From Candidatus Woesearchaeota archaeon (GTDB taxonomy: Archaea > Nanobdellota > Nanobdellia > SCGC-AAA011-G17 > GW2011-AR18): DNA of 13,314 nt. Numbering within the stretch: the stretch's first letter is position 1; every line of letters starts with the position of its first letter. Under the pieces are notes generated by a model that was given only the letters and a program-made list of their open reading frames with translations, was not told the DNA's origin and searched no databases. The stretch lies in assembly GCA_018302545.1 (NCBI GenBank), contig JAGVZM010000019.1, positions 1 to 13,314 on the forward strand, given 5' to 3'. Below are positions 7,120 through 12,865 of the stretch, one piece after another. The translations under genes were made by a program, and so were the position numbers.

Positions 7120-7300
7120 AATAAAAAATGAATGTAAAACTAAATTTGTAAAGGTTCATTGTAATAAATGTAAGAATGAGCAAAATATTTTTAGTTGTGT
7201 TTCTAGTAAAGTTGAATGTTTGGTTTGCGGTGAACTTTTGGCTGAACCTTGTGGTGGAAGAAGTAAAATTAAAGGTAAAATTCTAGAGATATTAAACTAG
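7082..7300 (+). CDS. rps27e: Ribosomal protein S27e (eS27)
   Basis: KFVKVHCNKCKNEQNIFS...VECLVCGELLAEPCGGRSKIKGKILE is the S27e C4 zinc-ribbon core. The track start at 7082 is a GTG overlapping L44e by 38 nt. An in-frame TTG at 7106 is an alternative, so the 5' end is uncertain. Confidence 0.85.
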   Translation: MGDSEQKNLSLSKIKNECKTKFVKVHCNKCKNEQNIFSCVSSKVECLVCGELLAEPCGGRSKIKGKILEILN

Positions 7301-7308
7301 AGGCAAGT

Positions 7309-7316
7309 CTTATAAA
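7309..7316 (+). promoter_or_regulatory. TATA-like box (CTTATAAA) for the aIF2-alpha and nop10 unit
   Basis: It lies 22 nt upstream of the ATG at 7339, with no SD sequence. Confidence 0.45.
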
Positions 7317-7338
7317 TATTTACATTATCCTTTAGATT

Positions 7339-8124
7339 ATGTTTCGTAAAAAGCAAGGCAAACCTGAAATTGGAGAAGTAGTTATTTGTACAGTAAATAA
7401 AATTCTATATCACTCTGTTTTTGTTAATCTAGATGAATATGAAAAGCTGGATGGAATGGTCCATATTTCTGAAGTTTCTCCAGGTAGAATTAGGAATTTA
7501 AGAGATTTTGTTTCTGAAGGCAGAAGGATAGTATGTAAGGTTCTTAACATAAATCATCAAGGCAACATAGACTTAAGCTTGAGAAGAGTTAGCACTAATG
7601 TTAGAATAAATAAAATGCAAGAATGGAAACAAGAAGAAAAGGCAGAAAAATTATTAGAATTAATAGGAAAAGAAGTTAATATGGATTTAAATCAAATTTA
7701 TGATAATATTGGAAATAGGATATTAGAAAAATATGGGACAATATTTGAGTTTTTTCAAGCAATAGTTGAAAATGGTAAGAAAATTGTTGATGAATTAAAT
7801 CCTGATCCTAAATTAGGAGAGGTTTTATTTAAAACCGTAAAAGAGAAAATTAAACCTATTGAGGTTGAAGTTTCTGGATTTTTAAATTTAAGGAGTTATG
7901 AAGAGAAGGGAATTGAAAGTGTGAAATCAATTTTACTTAAAGCTAAAGATTATGATGTTGTTGTTAGTTATTTAGGTGCACCGAAATATAAATTAGAGGT
8001 TTTGGCTAAGGATTACAAAACTGCTGAGAAAAATTTAAACGAATTTTTAGAAGAAGCAAATAAGTTAGCAAAAACATCACATTGTGAAATAAACTTTATT
8101 AAAGATGACAAACCAGATTCTTAA
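7339..8124 (+). CDS. eif2a: Translation initiation factor aIF2 alpha subunit
   Basis: The N-terminal S1/OB domain (PEIGEVVICTV...GMVHISEVSPGRIRNLRDFVSEGRRIVCKVL) is followed by helical and alpha-beta C-terminal domains. The 261 aa size and the position next to S27e and Nop10 are typical for archaea. Confidence 0.9.
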   Translation: MFRKKQGKPEIGEVVICTVNKILYHSVFVNLDEYEKLDGMVHISEVSPGRIRNLRDFVSEGRRIVCKVLNINHQGNIDLSLRRVSTNVRINKMQEWKQEEKAEKLLELIGKEVNMDLNQIYDNIGNRILEKYGTIFEFFQAIVENGKKIVDELNPDPKLGEVLFKTVKEKIKPIEVEVSGFLNLRSYEEKGIESVKSILLKAKDYDVVVSYLGAPKYKLEVLAKDYKTAEKNLNEFLEEANKLAKTSHCEINFIKDDKPDS

Positions 8125-8269
8125 ATGTTTGAAGTGTGATAAATACACATTAGAAGAAGATTGTAGTATTTGTAGTAATAAATGTGTAAGCACTAAACCA
8201 GCTAAATTTAGGCATGATGATAAATATGGTTTTTATAGATTGTTATATAAAAAGAAGACTATGAATTAA
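8105..8269 (+). CDS. nop10: H/ACA ribonucleoprotein subunit Nop10 (54 aa; not in the supplied ORF track)
   Basis: Hand translation from the ATG at 8105 gives MTNQILKCLKCDKYTLEEDCSICSNKCVSTKPAKFRHDDKYGFYRLLYKKKTMN, with a TAA stop at 8267-8269. The protein has the archaeal Nop10 zinc ribbon (CxxC...CxxC), then P-A-K-F and DKYG.YR. It overlaps the aIF2-alpha 3' end by 20 nt. Confidence 0.85.
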   Translation: MTNQILKCLKCDKYTLEEDCSICSNKCVSTKPAKFRHDDKYGFYRLLYKKKTMN

Positions 8270-8796
8270 ATTCTTGGGTTCTCATCTATAAATCTTATTT
8301 TTCCTTCTGATATCCCAAAGTTTTCTTCTATTCTCTCTTTTAATTGGGCTATAACGGCTAACAAACTATCATTGCCAGACCTTAAAGCTTCATTAAATTT
8401 TCCTAAAGTTAGAGAACCATCTCTAAATCTTATTAAAACTTCTTTGTCTTTTACAATTATCCATCCAGGTAAAAATATTTTAACTTTAAAAAGTTCATCT
8501 TTGAAAAAACCAAAGAACTTAGATTCATAAAATGTAATGTAATAATGAAAATATATTCTATCTTTTTCTTTTCCATTTTTATCTTTTTCATGTTCTGCGA
8601 CTAAATATTCTCCTATATGTAATCTAATATTTTCCCAAAATGATGGTGCATTATGTTCTATAAATTCTTTTAAACCTTTTGATAAACTTGATAATTTTGT
8701 CATAACCTCGTTTCTTTTTAAATCTAATTTCTCTTTATCAAATTTTATATCTTTTTTGCTTATAATTGACCTATTGTATATCTCAGATTTTGGCAT
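8266..8796 (-). CDS. Hypothetical protein (176 aa), no family recognised; apparently related to the N-terminal domain of the upstream 334-aa protein
   Basis: A long ORF with an ATG start and its own TATA box at the canonical distance. The mixed alpha/beta-looking sequence is not low-complexity. I could find no catalytic or binding motif. Confidence 0.6.
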   Translation of the reverse strand: MPKSEIYNRSIISKKDIKFDKEKLDLKRNEVMTKLSSLSKGLKEFIEHNAPSFWENIRLHIGEYLVAEHEKDKNGKEKDRIYFHYYITFYESKFFGFFKDELFKVKIFLPGWIIVKDKEVLIRFRDGSLTLGKFNEALRSGNDSLLAVIAQLKERIEENFGISEGKIRFIDENPRI

Positions 8797-8818
8797 TATA
8801 TTTTATTAAATATTTAAG

Positions 8819-8826
8819 TATATAAA
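8819..8826 (-). promoter_or_regulatory. TATA-like box (minus strand TTTATATA) for the 176-aa orphan gene
   Basis: It lies 22 nt upstream of the ATG at 8796 and only 8 nt downstream of the stop of the 334-aa gene. Confidence 0.45.
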
Positions 8827-8834
8827 ATTTAGTA

Positions 8835-9839
8835 TTAATCTCTTTTTCCAGCTTTTGTTCCTTTGTCTATAGTAAAAGAAGGATCATGTTCAATTTCCCT
8901 ATTAGATACTTTTCTTCTTGCTGCACTTGCAACCATATCTTGCATAGTTAAAGGTAATTTTTCCCTGCCTTTTTTTATTTTATCATTTGGTTCAAAGATT
9001 GTTGTGTCATTTAGTATTATATTTTTTGGTTCAATATTAAATGTTTTTAAGATTGATTCTTGTAATGTACTTATTAATCCCGTATATCCTGCTTGCATTG
9101 ACTTTCCTTCAATTTTTTTAGTTGTTATTGATCCAAAACTATCTCTGGTTAAGACTTGTTTTTTTCCTGTTGTTTCCTTTAGTTTGGAAATTTTAGAATC
9201 ATATTTTGATTTTAATTTTCTAACCTCCTCTTCTAATTCATTACCTTCATAGTTTGACTTTAATTCTTTGATTTTCTTTTGATATTCTTCTTCTAATTTA
9301 TTCATATCTTTTTTTACTGCATCAAATTCTGTTTTTGATATTTTATTTGTATCTATTCTCAAACTTGGGAAGAAGAATGAGAAAAATCTTCTTATAGGTT
9401 TCATTTTAGAAGGTTCTATTCTTACAGGTTGAACAAATGAATCTTTTTTTGTGAATAGTTGTTTTTGTCTTGCTATTGTTACTAAAACTTTTGCATAAGT
9501 TACAATTACTGTTTCGTGATCTTTTGCTGTTGAATCTGGTAAATAACCTTCTGGTACAAGTATGATAGAAACCCTAAATATTGGAGTTTTTGTATCCATA
9601 ACTGCTAAGGTATAAGCTAAACAGTCTGTGTTTTCATAAGAAATAATTTGATAATTTTCTTCAAATCTAAAATTTATATTGGGAAATAGGTCCTTTCTAT
9701 TTTGTTGTAATAATCTTGTGAATGCTTGTACTGCCTCTCTTAATTTTGGAGCATCTCTTTCTAAATTTTTCTTCATTATTCGGGGATCTAGAAAATTCAA
9801 ATTTGTTATAGTTTTATCCTCATCTTCCAAATCATACAC
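8835..9839 (-). CDS. Hypothetical protein (about 334 aa) with an N-terminal globular domain, an aromatic hydrophobic patch, a central coiled coil and a C-terminal domain with a basic tail
   Basis: A long ORF with non-repetitive sequence. Heptad-like K/E-rich sequence spans aa ~168-222 (KTEFDAVKKDMNKLEEEYQKKIKELKSNYEGNELEEEVRKLKSKYDSKISKLKE). The RRFFSFFFPSL patch is at aa 150-160. The start is uncertain: GTG at 9839, TTG at 9830, or ATG at 9858 if the G4 run is miscalled. Confidence 0.6.
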   Translation of the reverse strand: MYDLEDEDKTITNLNFLDPRIMKKNLERDAPKLREAVQAFTRLLQQNRKDLFPNINFRFEENYQIISYENTDCLAYTLAVMDTKTPIFRVSIILVPEGYLPDSTAKDHETVIVTYAKVLVTIARQKQLFTKKDSFVQPVRIEPSKMKPIRRFFSFFFPSLRIDTNKISKTEFDAVKKDMNKLEEEYQKKIKELKSNYEGNELEEEVRKLKSKYDSKISKLKETTGKKQVLTRDSFGSITTKKIEGKSMQAGYTGLISTLQESILKTFNIEPKNIILNDTTIFEPNDKIKKGREKLPLTMQDMVASAARRKVSNREIEHDPSFTIDKGTKAGKRD

Positions 9840-9881
9840 CCCTTATTATAATAAACATCTAGAAAATTTTGGATTTTTTTA

Positions 9882-9889
9882 TATATAAA
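9882..9889 (-). promoter_or_regulatory. TATA-like box (minus strand TTTATATA) upstream of the 334-aa orphan gene
   Basis: It lies 23 nt upstream of a minus-strand ATG at 9858. That ATG opens only an 8-codon ORF in the current sequence, and the long ORF begins 19 nt further downstream in another frame. Confidence 0.4.
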
Positions 9890-9918
9890 ACTTATCTTTA
9901 TACTAAAATACCTTAAAG

Positions 9919-9926
9919 TTTATAAG
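9919..9926 (+). promoter_or_regulatory. TATA-like box (TTTATAAG) for the PAC2-family gene
   Basis: It lies 21 nt upstream of the ATG at 9948, with no SD sequence. Confidence 0.45.
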
Positions 9927-9947
9927 CCTTAAGATATTAAAATAAAT

Positions 9948-10718
9948 ATGGAAACTGGGTGGATGATCAAAAGATTTAGGAACGTTAATTTGAAGAGTCC
10001 AATCTTAATAGAGGGACTACCTGGAATGGGTAATGTTGGAAAAATAACTGTAGATTTTATAATAGAAAGTTTAGAGGCTACTAAAATTTTTGAGATTAGT
10101 TCATATTCTTTTCCAAATTGTGTTTTTGTTAATGATCAAAGTTTAGCAGATCTTCCTAAAGTGGAGATATATTACAAAAAGGTTAAAGGTAGAGATTTAG
10201 TATTTGTTTCTGGAGATATGCAACCTGTAGATGAAAGGGGATGCTATGAATTTTGCGATAAATTGTTAGATCTTTTTAAGAAGGATATTGAAGTTATAAC
10301 TCTTGGGGGAATTGGTTTAACAGAAATGCCAAAAAAACCAAGTTTATACTGTGTTGGAAGCGATAAAAAATATTTGAATGAATATAAATCTGAAGGTCTT
10401 AAAACTGCTGAAGGGGTAGTTGGTCCTGTAATAGGAGTTACTGGACTTCTTGTAGGATTAGCTAAACAAAGGGGGCTTAAGGGAGTTATATTATTAGTAG
10501 AGACTTTAGGAATTCCTAATTATTTAGGTATTAAGGAAGCGAGAGAATTTCTTAAATTACTAAATAAAAAATTAAATTTAAACTTAGATATAAAACAATT
10601 AAATAAGGAAGTTAAGATTATTGAAAAGGAGATTAATGATAAGATTAGTGATTTTTTAGCTAAAGAAGAGAAAAAATCTAAAGGAATTAGAAAAGAATCT
10701 GCTAATTATATTGGTTAA
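9948..10718 (+). CDS. PAC2-family protein (proteasome assembly chaperone-like, COG1938-type)
   Basis: The N-terminal motif PILIEGLPGMGNVGKITVDFII is the hallmark G-x-P-G-x-G-x-V-G of archaeal PAC2/PbaA/PbaB-like proteins. GGIG and VGPVIGVTGLL segments follow, then a charged coiled C-terminal tail. Confidence 0.75.
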   Translation: METGWMIKRFRNVNLKSPILIEGLPGMGNVGKITVDFIIESLEATKIFEISSYSFPNCVFVNDQSLADLPKVEIYYKKVKGRDLVFVSGDMQPVDERGCYEFCDKLLDLFKKDIEVITLGGIGLTEMPKKPSLYCVGSDKKYLNEYKSEGLKTAEGVVGPVIGVTGLLVGLAKQRGLKGVILLVETLGIPNYLGIKEAREFLKLLNKKLNLNLDIKQLNKEVKIIEKEINDKISDFLAKEEKKSKGIRKESANYIG

Positions 10719-11591
10719 TTATTCTAATTTCTTTAAGGCTGCTTTGTCTTCTATAAATTCTGTTGGGCAAAATTGTTCAAAATAGGGAATTGAAAATAAC
10801 ATAGCCCATTTTTCAGTTAAGTAATGTGAACAACCTATAATATTAATTCCTTCTATTTTTTTAACTTCTTCTAATGTTTTAGGATAATTTTGTTTACTAT
10901 ACTCAGAAGCATTAGGAGTTATAATTCCTGTAATATAAGTAGTGCATCCTTTATCTCTTGCTTCTTGAATTATTTCGGGTACAAATCCTCCACCAGTAAC
11001 AACAGCTACTTTTCCAACTTCGTCATTAGATTTCATAGTTTTTACTTTATAATCAAGTAACTTACTAAGTCTTTTACATAAAGAATCAAAGTCTTTGTCT
11101 TTTAATTCTCCAATTAGTCCTAAAATTAATTTTGGATTTCTAGGACCTTCTGGAGCAAATTCTTCTTTAACCTTTAAGCCAATAGTTCGTGCAAAACCAT
11201 AAGCAGTACTTACAATTTTATTATTTCTATTTCTATCCATTGGAGTATGTAATGAATAAACTGATATTCGCATTTCTTCCATAATTTTATAATCTTTTTC
11301 AGAGATATGAATAAAACCTTGACCTTTTTTACTTCCATCCCAATCAAAAGGATGTTTAATACCTCTTCTCTTAATTTCTTGAAGAAGATATGTATTTGGT
11401 GCAAAAGCAGTATATATTTTTCTTACTTCATCTGAATTTTTGAACATTAATCCTGTGTGACGTAATTTTCTTCTAAAGGAAGGTATTGATTTATTCATAA
11501 AAAGATCATCAAACATCCAAGACCAATCATCTTTAACATTTGAAACGTCAAAATCTTCTAGTAATCTTACTAAAACTGATTTCAAATCCAT
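10719..11591 (-). CDS. NIF3-family (DUF34, dinuclear metal centre) protein, divergent
   Basis: Colinear NIF3-like motifs are present: GLMF...VRKIY, KHP in place of the usual HHP, YSLHTPMD (compare HTNLD), KVAVVTGGG...EARDKGCTTYITG and GCSHYLTEKW (compare GHYxTE). The N-terminal half carries insertions. Confidence 0.6.
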   Translation of the reverse strand: MDLKSVLVRLLEDFDVSNVKDDWSWMFDDLFMNKSIPSFRRKLRHTGLMFKNSDEVRKIYTAFAPNTYLLQEIKRRGIKHPFDWDGSKKGQGFIHISEKDYKIMEEMRISVYSLHTPMDRNRNNKIVSTAYGFARTIGLKVKEEFAPEGPRNPKLILGLIGELKDKDFDSLCKRLSKLLDYKVKTMKSNDEVGKVAVVTGGGFVPEIIQEARDKGCTTYITGIITPNASEYSKQNYPKTLEEVKKIEGINIIGCSHYLTEKWAMLFSIPYFEQFCPTEFIEDKAALKKLE

Positions 11592-11612
11592 AAATTTAAA
11601 ATTATTTTTAGA

Positions 11613-11620
11613 TATATAAG
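11613..11620 (-). promoter_or_regulatory. TATA-like box (minus strand CTTATATA) for the NIF3-like gene
   Basis: It lies 21 nt upstream of the ATG at 11591, within the 38-nt gap after the endonuclease Q stop. Confidence 0.45.
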
Positions 11621-11629
11621 TTTTATTCT

Positions 11630-12865
11630 TTAGAAATCAGTTAAGGATTTCTGTAGTTTTTCATCTATTTTTAGATCACCTAAGATTAGTTCTCCGTAAA
11701 CTCCATCATGACCTGGTTTTATTTTTAGTTTATTTTCTCTATTTAAAATTATTATTTTTGCTAGTTTTGGATGTACAATTTTATTTAATTTTTCTTCTGG
11801 AACATTTAATAATATATTGTATTCATTTTCAAAATTTTTTATTAAGTGATTATATAACTCTTGTATTTTCTTAGATGTGAAAGATTTTATTCCATAAGAA
11901 GCAGTTAATAATTCATGCAGAGGCAATACTTTTCTAGAATATTGTAAATTTTTTGGTTCTTTTCTATCTGCTAATTCTTCAATCCTATATTCTACCCCTA
12001 TTGTTAATTGTTTATTGCATTTTGGGCAAATTCCTTTTAATTTTTTAGTTTCTTGATAGTTTAAAGAGATATTACAATTTCTGTGCCCATCTACATGATA
12101 TTTTCCATATTCTGGGTTTGCTTCTATTGTTCCTTTTAATCCATCTCTTGTTCTAATTGCTTTTATTATATTTTTGTAAGTTAGTTTATTAAAATCAAAT
12201 ATTGTTGCTTCTCTTCCTAATCTTGATGGGTGTGAAGAATGTGGATCTGAAAATGAAACTAAATTGTATCTATCTAATTTTGATATTCTTCTGTTCATCT
12301 CTATATCACTAGAGATTCCTGTTTCTATTGCATGAATATATTTACTTTTTTCTTCAAAACATTCTTCAACAGAATCAAAGCCTGATTTGGATCCTAGTAT
12401 GCCAAAGAAGGAAGTCCATGCATGAGCGGGAATTACTTCTATATCTTCAGATATTGATCTTAATATATCTATAAACTCAATTGAACTCCATCCGAAAATA
12501 GGACGCCCATCATAATCTATTCTTCCTTTTTTTAATAAAACTTGTATAAATTGGTCAACTACTTCTTTGTTAGGTAATAAAACCACATGATGAATTCTTC
12601 TTCCCTTTCCCCCTTGAGAATACATTAAAGAAATCTCTGTAGTCCATATAAAAGGAAATTTGTTTTTTGTCCATAATATTCCAGATTCATCTTCAGTTAA
12701 TTTTGAAGTGATTTCTTTATTCCATAATGGATGTTGAGCATCTCCTGTTCCTAAAACATTCAAACCTTTTACTCTTGCATTTCTTTCTAAATCTTCAATT
12801 GTAGTTGTTTTAGAACATGCTTGTGCATAACGACCATGGATATGAAAATCCCCTATAAGTTCCAT
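11630..12865 (-). CDS. endoQ: Endonuclease Q (PHP-domain endonuclease acting at deaminated or abasic sites)
   Basis: The N-terminal PHP motif GDFHIHGRYAQACSK is followed by GTGDAQHP, RIHHVVL, IPAHAWTSFFG, SFSDPHS...LGRE, GKYHVDGHRNC plus the CPKCNKQLTIGVEYRIEELAD zinc-finger region. The C-terminus is GHDGVYGEL...QKSLTDF. This order and size (411 aa) match what I remember of Pyrococcus-type EndoQ. Confidence 0.75.
   Translation of the reverse strand: MELIGDFHIHGRYAQACSKTTTIEDLERNARVKGLNVLGTGDAQHPLWNKEITSKLTEDESGILWTKNKFPFIWTTEISLMYSQGGKGRRIHHVVLLPNKEVVDQFIQVLLKKGRIDYDGRPIFGWSSIEFIDILRSISEDIEVIPAHAWTSFFGILGSKSGFDSVEECFEEKSKYIHAIETGISSDIEMNRRISKLDRYNLVSFSDPHSSHPSRLGREATIFDFNKLTYKNIIKAIRTRDGLKGTIEANPEYGKYHVDGHRNCNISLNYQETKKLKGICPKCNKQLTIGVEYRIEELADRKEPKNLQYSRKVLPLHELLTASYGIKSFTSKKIQELYNHLIKNFENEYNILLNVPEEKLNKIVHPKLAKIIILNRENKLKIKPGHDGVYGELILGDLKIDEKLQKSLTDF

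Noticed and set aside
8125-8265. An apparent non-coding gap after aIF2-alpha, first considered as a possible ncRNA or terminator region.
   Set aside because: It is fully explained by the 54-codon nop10 gene (8105..8269), which fell below the ORF-track size cut-off.
8811-8821. TATTTAAGTAT upstream of the 176-aa orphan gene is identical to the core of the vapB operator repeat (1868-1878). I considered cross-regulation of the orphan gene by VapB.
   Set aside because: The shared 11-mer is essentially the generic promoter element (CTTAAATA on the coding strand) plus flanking A/T. The palindromic AGTATTACT half of the operator is absent. In DNA this AT-rich the match is not meaningful.
9090-9125. 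The KKIEGKSM segment in the 334-aa orphan protein looked at first like a Walker A/P-loop (GK[ST]).
   Set aside because: There is no Gly at the required upstream position of GxxxxGK[ST], no Walker B-like hhhhD/E follows, and the surrounding sequence is not a beta-strand-loop-helix pattern.
8266-9947. I considered whether the orphan pair is a recent mobile-element or viral insertion, looking for flanking direct or inverted repeats, an integrase or transposase, and a tRNA attachment site.
   Set aside because: I found no flanking repeats, no recombinase and no tRNA. The left boundary overlaps the nop10 stop codon, and the promoters use the same TATA geometry as the host genes. By eye the pair looks native and long-resident. 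I could not compute compositional statistics.
831-11404. Other nested antisense ORFs from the track: 831..1028(-), 1419..1628(+), 2147..2368(+), 3438..3623(-), 3891..4085(+), 6795..7073(-), 8863..9252(+), 9679..9888(+) and 11210..11404(-).
   Set aside because: Each lies wholly or almost wholly inside a longer opposite-strand or same-locus ORF. The longer ORF either has recognisable family motifs or is much longer. The nested ORFs have no promoter geometry, and their translations are compositionally odd (Ser, Phe, Leu, Ile and Cys rich). Stop-poor antisense frames are expected in AT-rich DNA.
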